The position numbers and the translations under genes were made by a program. The notes under the pieces were generated by a model that ran no database searches, had not been told where the DNA came from, and saw only the letters and a program-made list of their open reading frames with translations. A DNA stretch of 64,000 bases from Eledone cirrhosa (taxonomy: Eukaryota), in the NCBI GenBank assembly GCA_964016885.1, contig OZ024741.1, forward strand, positions 311,426,001 to 311,490,000, read 5' to 3'. Every line of letters begins with the position of its first letter. Positions within the stretch are counted from its first letter, which is position 1. This document shows, piece by piece, positions 10,947 to 23,194 of this stretch.

Positions 10947-13774
10947 CTATATGAAGCACTATCAGCCAATGCAAGCCGAAAACTCAGAAGAATATGGAGT
11001 GTACATAGTTTAAATCATAGGAAAATAATCGGGTAAAAATTATCAAGTAAAAAATTATCAAGTAAAAAATTATCAAGTATTATCTCAGACTTTCTATTAA
11101 GTAAGGTTTCCCTAGAGAAAATTATAGAGTGGGTCTCAAGGATACAGAGATTGCAAAATTTAGTATGTGTTGAAAGGTTATTAGAGCGTGCTACTATACG
11201 CCAACTAAGGCTATATGGTATATTAGCCCCCTTAAGATCCCAGATATGGTGTGCTAAAGAAGTAGACTTCTTAAACTTAACATGTTTAAAATTAGAGATA
11301 TGAGAATTAAACCTAGTCTTAAAAGTGTTAGATGTAGAGCCTATATACGTGTTATTAAAAGAATTAGTTTTAACGACAACAAGCATAAACGATGTTCTTA
11401 GAGAGGCAGTTACCGTTTAAAGGGCAGTTAGCACTCACTCTACAGTTACACTTCCGGGTGTTATTGATCGGCTGAAGTAGTGATACATCGCACGTAGGAT
11501 TACTATGAGATAAAGTCTGCTCTGGTGGTAAAGCATTTACAGATCTATTCTGACTAACAGCACGTAGAGAGGAGTATCCATCCCTAATTTTCCCATTGTT
11601 GGTGCTAGCTAAATGAGAACTAATATTAGGGTTGGTAGAGAATGAAAGTTTAATTACATTTTTATTAAAAATACTATGGTATTTATTAGTTGGAGGGAAG
11701 TTTTTCTCTAAGATAGAAAAGAAAGACCTAGGGATGTTAGTTACTACTTCCTGATTATATGGCGGGTTAAAATAAGTAGTTAGTCCCCTTCTATTTTTAT
11801 CCTTACCAACTCTACCGTTATTTAATGTTCCATTATTAAGATTTGGGTTACTACAAGGATTAGTTAAAACCACATTACTAGAATCAGCCGAAACTCGGCA
11901 TTTACGGATCTATTCTGACTAACAGCACTGTTTCTACCTCTAGTATACCTGCCGCCAACTGGAGTCATATCAAAAGGATTAGGGCCAATAATAGCATCAG
12001 TAGAAACAACATTATTAGAATTAGGTATATCAAGAGTATTACCAATGGGTGAGCGCTCAGAGGGCTCGACTTGATTCCTAGAAGTATTAGATTCTCTGCT
12101 ACGAGTCCGGTGGCTTAACCCATGGATGGGTTCAGATACACCTATGTGATTTCTACGATACTTATTCTTTCTACTCCCATTCATGGCCATATTATGGGAT
12201 ATTATGTTATTATTATTATAAGTAAGCGGAGACTTTCTAAGGTTACTATTATTATAATGTATTTTACCAGAGTAACCTGAGTTGGCTAGGGCATTGTTAT
12301 AGTACTCTGCATGTGCATTAAATGTTCCTACGTCCTTAGAGAGTGTGGACATCCTATTAGATACACCATTAATTATAGAGCGTATCATAGAATTGGGGTG
12401 GTTAGAATTTGGACTAACATAAGAGAGTATTTCATTAGGCTTATGGAAGGGTTTAAAACTATTAGTGACCAAGTCCAAAGTCACATCTAAAATGTTGACC
12501 GCTCTATCATTTCTATCTATCGTGATCGAAAGGTTATAGCTTTTAAAAAACTTATAAAGCTTCTTCTTATTATGTTCGACGTTGTTGGTGCTAGAGTTAA
12601 TCACAAACAATGCATCGTCACGATAAAGTCCGCCTTTAAGGTGCGGAAAGGTAACATATAGTTCATTTAGGAGGAACAACCCAACAAGATCAGTTACCTG
12701 GGCCGAAATCACTCGAACCCATTGTAACGTCGAAATTATTGGGCGTGTTTTTACGGGTCCAAAAAGTATCCTCAAAATTAATGATAGTTCTACGGGCTGC
12801 TAGTATAATATCTACCAGTGATCGTGTAAGGCTGGACACTCTCATAGCCAACATTAAGGCTTTATTAAGGAGGATGGGTGAAATCGATGTGTAATAGGCA
12901 TCAATATCGAACTGGATATACTTACTAGATTCAAGTTTATTAATGCCACAGAACCAATCTATAACCTCCTTAGTGTTCCCCCAAAGGTTAAAATTAACCT
13001 TCTCCCTAACATCTGGTATAATAAGGTCAAGGATTGTTTTTACTAATTATGGCTATGTCAGACTTAGAAGGACAGATGAGTCTAACAGAGGGATTACTAA
13101 TGAAGTCTACCTTATGATCCTTAAGAGTAAATCTCGGTTCTCTAGGGTAATATGGCTGGGTATACTTATCTAGGCCAAGATCCGAGACTATCTTAAGACC
13201 CTCACTATTGATATGGTTCAAATTATCCTGCGTAGTCTTTTTATAATTTCTATGCAGCTCTGTATAAATAAAATCGCGGTAAGCGCTGTAATCCATAGAT
13301 TATAGATTCTTAGTCTTATCAGCCGGGACAAGAATAGACCTATTCGCACTAAAACCCTTCACAATATTTTTAAGTCTAGACTGGAACTTGTCAAACTTAT
13401 TATAATTTCCATGTCTATTATATGGCCTATACTTAATATTTTTGACAAGGGAAAGTAAGTCATTTTCAAAGTTATCTAGTATTACATTATGTGGTGGGCT
13501 CTTATAAGTTTTGAAGCCAAAGTTATTTAAATGAGTTCTATGCTTGGGGTCAGTCCTATTCCTATTAATATCATAGTGGAAAGCACGCCATCTAATCCTT
13601 TTTACGAAGGAGTTAACACTAGCAATTAACAACTTTTCATAAGTATTTCTAGAGGGGATGGGAATATTCTTCAGAGATAAAGGCAGGTAACTCTTTGTTA
13701 GCATACTGTCAGATATATATAAAGGCCAAAACACCAGTATAAAGGAGGAAGCTCAACCAATCGGGAGCAGTAAC

Positions 13775-13963
13775 AAGAATTGAAATACTAGTGTGTTGGA
13801 GTTAGACACCCTCTTCGTATTATAGAAATGACAGTAAAGGTATAGCTCAATTATTTTCATAATTCTTCGGCTCTGTTTATTTACATTGAGCTATACATTT
13901 ACTGTCATTTCTATAATACGAAGAGGGTGTCTAACTCCAACACACTCTAGTATTTCAATTCTT
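13775..13963. repeat. ~77 bp inverted repeat (arms 13775-13851 / 13885-13963) at PLE1 5' end
   Basis: AAGAATTGAAATACTAGTGTGTTGGAGTTAGACACCCTCTTCG...GCTCAAT is mirrored almost perfectly, with a ~33 nt loop. Confidence 0.95.
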
Positions 13964-13966
13964 ATA

Positions 13967-13999
<33 letters not shown>

Positions 14000-14004
<5 letters not shown>

Positions 14005-16770
14005 GAAAGAAGAGTAACATGGTTGGCTGTACAATACGGGCTTTATTCACAGTGCTGACAATTGTTTCGTTGATCTGTTAGGTCTAGAGCTCGCTAATCG
14101 CTTGATGTTGCGTCAATCGACACCAATACTTTGTTTACCACCAGTCAATACACCAGAGCGAGTGGATATGAGAATAATATGCAAGGCATGGCTTTTATAC
14201 TAGAGTGGTGTTAGACCAGAACAATAACATCAGTAACAAAATATCTAGATAGTGAGTAATTAAAACAGTAACATCAATACTAGTAAGAAATAGAACATAA
14301 TGATAAAACAAGCATGGTAAACAAACAGAGATGATACAGATGTATGAAGTGACATGCGAAATCTACCATAGGGTACATGAAAAGTAGTAGTAAAGTGATA
14401 CATTAACGTAGATGAAGGGATAAATAATAAAATGTACTTAGAGTCAGATTTTGGAACCTACACTTTAAGTGCAATTATGAGAGATTTAGATAAAAATGAG
14501 CTGTGGGTCTGAAACACGACCAACAATACAACGGAGATTGATTTATGGTTTGACAGATAAGTGCTTGTAGTAGGTATTTTCTCCTGCTGTATCAACTTAG
14601 TGAGATTGATGGAGGGAGTGTATAGATATTTATGGTTCTATGGTAGCTGGTATTAAGTGAAATTGTGAATTCAGTATGTTAAGGTTTAGGTGGTTTATTC
14701 TAAATGTTGGGATTACTAGTTCGAATCATGGGGGTTTAGTTTTCGCAACATTAATGACAAACTAGCGTATAATGTATTTGTCTTAGACAATAACATCAAC
14801 AATAAAACATGCATGGTAATTAGATAGAGAACATGATGAATAAAATTAGGGATAGGGTACATTGAGATGATAATAATAATAAGAAAAAAATAAGCGATTC
14901 AAAGGAATGTAAGAGTAATGAGAAAATGTACTTAGAATTAAGTTCATCTGTTAGAATTCATGGGTGCTAATATGAGATATGTAGATATAATTGTGTGGTT
15001 CCAAAGAATAAACAACAGCAAAGACGAAATTGATTTACGGGCTGACAAGATAATTGATAAATGTTTGTAGATATTCCTGCCCTATCCTGGTTGTATAGAT
15101 GTATGGAGGCTGGAAGGTATTTACAGGAGTGTATGGTTCTGAAGTAGGCTGTGTGAGAATGCGGATTTCATACGTTAAAGTCTACGTGGTTTCCCTTAGT
15201 TTTGGAGATGGTGGTTCGAATCACGGTGGTTTAAATCTCGTAAATCTAGTAGCAATATTATGTCTGCAGAAAATTGACCTTTTTATCTTGCTGTTAAGCA
15301 GCATTATATCGTACATTAAGATATGTAGTAATTCCAGGTTCCAGAGCCCGGAATGGGACATACCGCTGCTATAGGCCTTTGTGGTCGCTAATTTCAACCA
15401 GCTAATACTGTAATCAAGGTTTTTGTCCTAAAATTGCCAGATTTTATTGGCGAGGGTTGTAGAATTCACCAGTGCACAGATCTTCATTGAGTGTCTGTGG
15501 ACATACCACCATTTTTTAAATTTTCCCGCTGTGGATCCTATGTAGGTGGAGTTGCCTAAGTTTACAGTACATATGTACACTAAGCTAGAATCCAAGCACC
15601 TATTCCCCAATGGGCACTTATCTGTTAGGTGGTAATTGCAGTTTGAGGTATTATTCCGTGCAGCTTTGACATTGCGGTTTTGTAAGTTGTTATGTGTGGG
15701 TTACGATTATGCCTATTGAAGTTTTGCTGTGGTGTGTTCAGATGCGTTTGTGGTTGTGATGCTATTATGTGTTTGTGTTTTGTGTTTTTTTTGCTATGTT
15801 GCGTATTGGTGGGGTATTTTCCTGAGAGGTATTTTTGTGGTTGATCTTACGTATGTTCGATTCTATGTTGGCTGCAGTCGAGTATGAAAGTTTTATAGTT
15901 TTTCTATTGAAGATTTTATGGTATCTATGTGATGTAGGTAAGTTTTTATCTATTAGTTTAAAAAACGTAGAAGGCAGTTTATTTCTGAAAATCGGATTGA
16001 ACCATAGGTACTCTCTTTCTCTAGTTCTATAGTTATTGGGGTTTCTATAATTAGTGCACTGTTCTCCTACTCTTGGTACTAGTTGTCTAGTTCTATGCCT
16101 ACTCCTGTGTTTTTTAAATTTTTGTATGAGCGGGTAGTGTTGGTGTTATCGGGTTTGTTGATGTTGTCCCTATCTGTTATAAACGGAAGCTTTACCTTGT
16201 GTCCAGCCTTATGTAATGCTGCGTTATAATAATTAGCATATTCATTAAAAATTTCCAGGTTTGATGATAGGCGGGATATTCTGAGGGATATACTACGTGC
16301 TATGGAGTTAATTATGGATCGGGTGTGGTTTGAGTTGTAACTAATATGGGCTAGATTTTCATTATTTTTAAGGAAGGGTTCTATTAATCCTGTGTTTAAG
16401 TTTAGAGTTACATCTAAAAAATTTGCTTTTTTAAAATTAAGTTCGAAAGTGATATCTAGGCCTAGTTTTTTGAAGAATGTTCTAATGTTTTTTCGTAATA
16501 TTTCCATGTTCTGGTTATTTAAGTTTTTAGCTATAAGGAACGTATCATCTCTATAAATTACTCCTTGGAGGTTATTGAACTCTTTATGTAAGTTGTGTGC
16601 TATAAATATCCACACAACGTCCATTATTTGAATCGTTCGATCGCATTGTGATATCGGAGCTATTCTTCCTATTTTTCCTTTCCCAGTAGCTATTTTCGAA
16701 TGTTATGATAGTCCTTCTAGCAGCTAGAATTATTTTAGTTTCATCTGAGGTAAGGTCCGATACTGCCAAG
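14000..16770 (-). mobile_element. Penelope-like element PLE2 (5'-truncated, degraded) with long, internally duplicated 3' region
   Basis: ORF pieces contain IYRDD, NFLDVTLNL, NSNH, CPLGNRC..LVY, TYIGSTAGKFK..H. Diverged direct repeats at about 14420-14760 and 14920-15250. Confidence 0.85.
14048..14164 (-). ncRNA. Degenerate hammerhead ribozyme with long stem II (PLE2 3' end)
   Basis: Minus strand: CACTCGCT-CTGGTGT-ATTGACTG...CAGATCAAC-GAA-ACAATTGT-C-AGCACTGTG. The 3' half is canonical; the CUGANGA box has two substitutions. Confidence 0.5.
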
Positions 16771-16944
16771 AACGGGTTGACGGACCCAGCATATTTATCA
16801 ATGCCAGGACCGGTTATATCTCAGCGTACTCCATGGGCAATGTAAGATACATTCCCAGAGTATACACATAGTTATTCGCTTCAATACAATACACGTGAAA
16901 CGGGCGCCTATATTAGTACCCGAACACGAGTTTCAGCCGCACTA

Positions 16945-16975
<31 letters not shown>

Positions 16976-17329
16976 GTATATATACCTATACATATTTAAC
17001 GCAGGAAGTAGGGTCGTTGGTAGCTGGTTCCTTATGTTTGAAGGTCAGTGACCTCCAATCTATAAATAGATTGGAGGTTGAGTTATTTGTGTCTAAATGT
17101 CGTGGAGGGGAAGGATTTGACGAAAATCTGGTGGTGGGAGCAGAGAATTGTATATCTAGTGGGAACAAAAAGTTGCATCTCTTTTATCTGTTTGATTTCT
17201 TTTCAAATTTTGTATTTAGCCATTTGTATTAATCAATTTGAATGATTAAAATGCAATCGCGTCGAAATAAAATGTAAACAACAATTGCATTGAGAAAATA
17301 TATAAAAGATATTTACGCAAATTTTGCCA

Positions 17330-20002
17330 CGTGCAGACGTATAGTTCCCGCCTTTGCCAATTTCTACAGTTGTTAGGACCGCCATCTCCACCACCACAAT
17401 GTCGAAAAGTACGTCGAAACCAGTGATACTACCAGCACCACCAACACCACCACAGCAACAACTGAAATAAAAAGATTATATCGTGATAACAAAATGGAAT
17501 CTCGCACTGGATTCTTCTACATTGAACGCCACTGACACGACCACCACCACAGCAACAACTGAAACAAAAGTAATAATATCAAAAATAACAATAACAGCAA
17601 AAGCAGCAATAAAAATAACAACAACACCACCAACACCAGCGCGAAACCAAATGTGGTTTTTGCTAAAGTGGCGATCAAAAACAAAACGATTGAGGTAAAC
17701 CAGGAAGAACTGAATGAGGCCAGGCGAATGGTGAAGAAAAAGGGCTATAGGGTGAGCCTCACTCCCCCATCAAATACCATGTAACATGACTGCCTATGTA
17801 CTGTATCATTCCGCACAATTAATATATAAACACACAGAGTACATTGAGCTTCCGAGTCCCATATAAAAAAAACGTTGAGACATGTGTGGGCTCAAAAAAC
17901 CCACATCAGACATGCCAAATATATGGGAGAGTGGACGTGTTCTTTGGAACCCCACAGGAAACCAGAGAGCACTCCATGTCCCCATTAAAAAGTGACGAGT
18001 TCACACTCGTCCCAAGCTACTGTGAGCAAAGGCTCGTAAGAGTAAGGGTGACCCAGGTTTCGCTGGCCATTTAAATTCCCTGGCTGATGGCTGTCGTCTT
18101 CACCTACATCGAGGCCGACACAAAGATGATCGAGGTGATTAAAGCAAAACAGGATAACTGGTAAGGATCTGGAATGGAGCTCCTGATCCAAGCGGTGGAC
18201 CAGAAGAACATCCAAGAGATTCCAGATGTGATAGGGTTCGATGACGGCAGCCACTTCACCATAATTGTTGAAGGTTGAATGCCTAGGTCTCTCGTTTGTA
18301 CCGAGGGAACCGACATAAAGGCCTTCTGCTCGCCGGGAAGAATGGCTAAAACATTAAGGCCACCTCTCCTGCCCACAACACAGGCTCAACCATCAAAATA
18401 TACAGCAGAAATGGCAACAGCAACTCTTGTAGCAACGACAGCGGCAACTGTAGTAACAACAATAGCAAGACCAACACCACCACCGCCTAACGCACTAGAA
18501 GTAGCACCAGCGCCTCAACGCTACAACCAACACCAATGCCTGTGGAAGACATCCACTCCACGACCTCTCACAACTGCAGATGGATTGTGACGAGGAGAAA
18601 GGGTGGGCAACTGTACCTGTAAAAAAAAGGAAACCAGAGAAGGTAGAATCCATGTCACCAGCCCATCACCACAAACCCCAACACCACTATCACCAACACC
18701 ACAAAAAACGCAAACACAACAAAGCAACGAAACTGAAACTGAAACGCACTACACAACATTAAACTTGAACAATAAGCAATTATTACACTACCCCCAACAC
18801 AATACCAGCATCACAGAGAAAAACTATACAACACCCCAACAATTCACATCACCCACACACATACACATCACTCGTATCACACAGAAAATATACACAACCC
18901 TAAAATTAAAATTCCCCAAGGACCTCGGAAATTTCCGACCAACACTTTCCAGGTGGATTTATAAAGACATCCTTCCGGAGGGGGCCACAGACAGTCAGAA
19001 GGACGGCAAAGCCATCCTTCATCCACAAGAACTGAGGTAAGAGGTCTTTTCCATCTTTTGCCACTCCTTTTCAACATGATTTTACCCAGAATAAGCAGCA
19101 TAAATGCACGTGGCCTGGGTTTGTCCTGGAATTAGGGTAACCTGCTCAGTGACCTCAGATCAATGAACATAGATGTTGTGGCCATCAATGAGCCCAGAAT
19201 TTACGAGCCCATGCCTTCGCGCCCATCTTCGGTGGTTACAATGTGTACGCATTTCCAAGCCGGTCGGGATCAGGAGGCGGATTCACTGTGTTATTTCGGA
19301 GAATCCTGTATCTCGTGATATGGACCATCTTCCTGGACCCAGAATGTAAGTCGGTGGTACTGGACGTGACCAGCAACGAAGGCTACGCTTTTAGGCTGGT
19401 GGATGTTTATGCCCCGACAGGAGCAGGACGGCCTGATTTGTTCATGCGCCTGGAGACCTTCTTGGGAACGTCCGGCTCTTTAAAGTTAGTGGGCGATTGG
19501 AACGGGATCTTGGGTGCACGCTGGTATTGAATAGGAGTAGCGGATATGGGGGGGGGGGGGTGTAAAAGCCTCGCAAACCTACTAAGACGTTTCCAACTGC
19601 CTGATAGGTAGCGACTGGATTTCCTGAATGTGCCAGTGTGGACATGGACAAACCGCATCGGGTCATCCAGATCGTATCTAGATAGATTTTTTGTGACGAA
19701 ATAGATAATTCTAGCATAGATTGTCTACAATTCAAAATAGTTGACGACGCAGACCACAGACTCGTGTCCTCTGTGGTCGACTTAGATAGCTTCATAGAGA
19801 GGGCCCGGCTACTTGAAGCTAAACGCGTCGTTGACAGCGTGTAAAGGCTACAGAGACCGGATTAGCGAACTAATTAAGCGGGCGTTGACGGGTGCAATCG
19901 ACGACAACAAATCGTGGTTCACCATGAGAAGCGCAATTAAAATAAAGTCCATTAGGTTTATTAAATCTTTAGCAATAGAGAAAAATAGAGAAGAGGGAGA
20001 AA
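17330..20002 (+). mobile_element. Tx1/L1-like LINE T1: ORF1 and APE endonuclease, 3'-truncated
   Basis: Thr-rich ORF1 pieces end at QELR* (19040). ORF2 starts MILPRISSINARGLG and continues FRLVDVYAP, LVGDWN, SYLDR, DH. Confidence 0.85.
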
Positions 20003-20126
20003 CTCTATCTATATCTATCTCTCTCTCTATATATTAATTTTGAGTATATGTTGGTTGTTTACCGACACCTCAGTATACAGACTGGGGCACTCGACGAAGT
20101 ACGCAGGTTGGTTTGTTTACTCCGGA

Positions 20127-20705
20127 GTAATGTAAAATAAAATAATTAAGTCAAATATGTAAAATTTGGCTTCGTTTGTTATGATTTATAGATATACTGC
20201 TATCTATATTTCGGTGACAGCCATCCTTGGCTGTGACCTCTTCAGGCAGTCCGAATTGGTGTGGGAAAGACAGGTACACATGTTGTTGAAGTGTGTTTTA
20301 CTCCGCCAATACATCGATATGTCTAGCTCCTGGTTGTGTTGTTATTTCTCTGAGGAACTGGAATCATATGAGTTACAAAAAACGAATATCGGCGTCATAG
20401 GACACTCTCGCATCCCATTGGTCAGTTGTGAAAACATTCCTCAGTCAAAATTCTATAGAAATCTTCTCGGAGGCAAGACAATCTGTTGTAGCTGTTTTTG
20501 TTTAAGTACAGCTGCCCTGCTCCATTGTGTTGGTAGTGGTTGTGAAGTTAAGGGGTCAGCTGGCAGGTCAGCTTTAATGTGCTGCTGATATGTTCAGAAG
20601 TATTTGTGTATAGGTTGGCATCTATCCTGTCACCATTTCACGTGGTGGGTGCCAAACGAAGCCAAATTTTATATATTTGACTTAATTATTTTATTTTATA
20701 TTTAC
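20127..20705 (-). mobile_element. PLE 3'-end remnant bounded by ~52 bp inverted repeats
   Basis: 20127-20178 and 20653-20705 are reverse complements; a hammerhead lies just inside the left arm; next to (TA)n. Confidence 0.7.
20196..20250 (-). ncRNA. Minimal type I hammerhead ribozyme
   Basis: Minus strand: ACTGC-CTGAAGA-GGTCACAGCCA-AGGA-TGGCTGTCACC-GAA-AT-ATAG-AT-A-GCAGT; 11 bp stem II with one C.C mismatch, AUA triplet. Confidence 0.88.
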
Positions 20706-20905
20706 ATATATGTATAAATATATATATATATATGTATTCATATATATATATATATCCCATGTACGTCAATACTCATCTTTTACCATTCTCCGAGTGTTCT
20801 TAACCCACTATCAGGCTAAATAATTTTCTTTAATATCTTTAGTGAAAATACGGCGGAAGCTTACATTTATAATTTCAAACTCGCTCGCTGTTTCGAAAAT
20901 ATTCT

Positions 20906-20960
<55 letters not shown>

Positions 20961-21639
20961 GAAAATATAAATGAAAAGTATAGAAATAATTGTAGCAAGA
21001 AGCCAACAGTTTTCCATAATATATAAGTTACTATAGCGTAAAAATGGAAAAATAGTTAACGTAAGATGTGGGAAAATAATTCAAACTCAATTCAAAAATA
21101 ATCAGGATATAGATTCATCCACAGAATTTGGTGAAATCCAGGGAAAAATCAATAGAGCCTTAACTCAGAATAAAATAAAGTTTAAAATACTCATCCTTCA
21201 ATTTGGAAACACTACAATGCTCTGTATAGTCTTAAAGACTATTTCACGAAACTTTCAGTGGGGATGGTCACGGTTGGAATCGATCATCAGCAGAGCTCAA
21301 ATCCAAGATAACCAAAGTACCACTGTTTATAATATGCCAAAAAGAGAATTTAAAAGCAGGCTAGTTCAACCTCATTCGTAATTATGAAGAAAAACGCACA
21401 TGTAGAGACAGGGATGGTGACGTCAGAATGAGACGAATGTCTGTTTACATGAAACAACAGTCAAAAATATTCCGAAAAAAAACTTCAGAAGATCCCGTTA
21501 AGAGTGAAAGCTGCAATTCTTTAATCTATTCTTTTAATAAATATTTGCTCTTGGGTTCTTATATATTTGATACATATTTATCCTTATCGAGCCCTTTTTG
21601 GATTGTAGTCTTTACATTTATTATAATTACTACATATCT

Positions 21640-22510
21640 ATCTATCTAGGGCGGGTAAAATTCCCGAGATCCATGGACGAGTTCTCTCCAGCGGTATCTG
21701 TCCATCATCATCACTGTTCTGTCCTGCGTATCCAACAGACCGGTGTCTGTCCTTATGCCATCAACATACGTTAACCATGAACTTCCTTTTCCAGTGTGTC
21801 CATGCAGGGGCTACCACAGGAGCACTAAGTGCATGTCAACTCTGGATGTCGCTGAGCATGTCCAGCTAACCTCAGTCTCCTCTGTGTCACGTTTGAGCTG
21901 ACATTTGGGAGGCTCCCATACAGCTATAAGTTTTTCATCCTCAGTGTATACAGATTAATGTTAAGAGCCATCCCCTTCATTCTCGTGTAGCACCCATCCA
22001 CCATCTGAGTGAGTTTCCTCGTCAGTGTCCAAGTCTCAGGCCCATACAGCAGCACAGACAAAACTACAGCAATGAAGAGGCGGATTTTCAGGTCTTTAGA
22101 AGGTCTAACCTCCACACCGACGTCAAGCTGTGGCACGCCGCCCAGGCTTTTCTCTTCCTCTCAACCACATCCCCTTCCGTATTCCCAATCTTTGCTCCCA
22201 AATGCAGGAAGTCCTCAACCAATTCTAGCATCTTCCCGCCTATATTATTAATCTCATCTGGCTTCTCAACATTTTCTACCAGATAGTTTGTTTTAGTCTC
22301 ATTCATTCTCAGCCCCACACTCATCGACTCATTCTCAACCTCCTGCGTCAAATCATCTGCCTCCTTCACTGTGTTTGTCACCAATACTATGTCGTCGGCA
22401 AATTCAGCATCCGATATCCTTTTCGCATTAACTCTTCTGCTCTGAGCCGGTGTTACAGTAAAGCCAGGGTCCTGGTGTTTCCCCAGTGCAAGGCGCCTAC
22501 AATAGTCCAC
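21640..22510 (-). mobile_element. RTE-clade LINE, 5'-truncated
   Basis: FADDIVL, VGLRMNETKT, VEDFLHLG, KAWAAC, KIRLF..VLSVLLYGPETWTLT; (TAGA)n tail. Confidence 0.85.
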
Positions 22511-22819
22511 TTCGATATATATATATATACAAAAAAAAAAGAAGATATTTCCGCTCTAGATGGTTGAATACAATAAATGTAATCTGAGTTTTTCGAATAT
22601 TAATAATAACGTTCGATTCGTTTGCAATTATGCAAACAAACCTTATTTTTAAAGCCATGTCAGTAGAATGAACCCTTCATTCTTGCTCTTGTGTTGGCAT
22701 GTAAACAGAACAGCAGACAATAATGTTTCTGGTTATCACCCTTCATCAGTACAGCTCACTGTTCACCTGCCAAATGTCAGATCTAGTGAAAATATATGCT
22801 ATTTTCTAAAATACACAGT

Positions 22820-22930
22820 GACTGATCGGCCTGATTTGCATATTAGCAGACTGGCTGATCAGTCAGATCTGCATATTAGCAGATGCACTGATCAGCCAGA
22901 TTTTCATAACAGCAGACTGGCCAGTCAGTC
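22820..22930. repeat. 33 bp tandem repeat, about 3.3 diverged units
   Basis: CTGATCRGYCWGATYTKCATAWYAGCAGA recurs at 33 bp spacing. Confidence 0.75.
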
Positions 22931-22981
22931 TCCTGTATACGAGCAAAACAAATAAAAAAAACAACAAATATATATATAGAG

Positions 22982-23184
22982 TAATAATGGATTCTTATAT
23001 AGGCACAAGGCCAGCCATTTTGGGTGAGGGGAAAGTCGATTAAATCGACCCCAGTGTGTGACCCCGTAAGGATGAAAAGCAAAGTTAACCTCGGCGGGAT
23101 TTGAACTCAGACCATAAAAGCCCGTAACTCTTTACTATTAAGCATGGCGTTCGACCCTCTACCGATACTGCCAATTGACCGCCC
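22982..23184 (-). mobile_element. tRNA-derived SINE
   Basis: Minus strand shows A box TGGCAGTATCGG and B box GAGTTCAAATCC; shared body AACCTCGGCGGGATTTGAACTC and GGCACAAGGCCAGC. Confidence 0.8.
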
Positions 23185-23194
23185 TTATATAGTA

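Larger units (their letters stand above)
10851..13963 (-). mobile_element. Penelope-like element PLE1 (RT YRDD + C-terminal GIY-YIG; possibly Hydra clade), frameshifted
   Basis: ORF pieces contain SLKNIPIP, VPADKTKN, TLKDHK..VRLICPSKS, GLYRDD, LDVTLDL, NSNHP, CNC..CPLNGNC, YIGST..FKTRFNSH, CNLCILE, LLNRKSE. Flanked by (TA)n at both ends, with a hammerhead at the 3' end and an inverted repeat at the 5' end. Confidence 0.9.

Noticed and set aside
11015-16770. Selenocysteine recoding as in some Naiad PLEs
   Set aside because: Domain order is RT then endonuclease, breaks are mainly frameshifts or mixed stops rather than TGA at Cys positions, and no SECIS was recognised.
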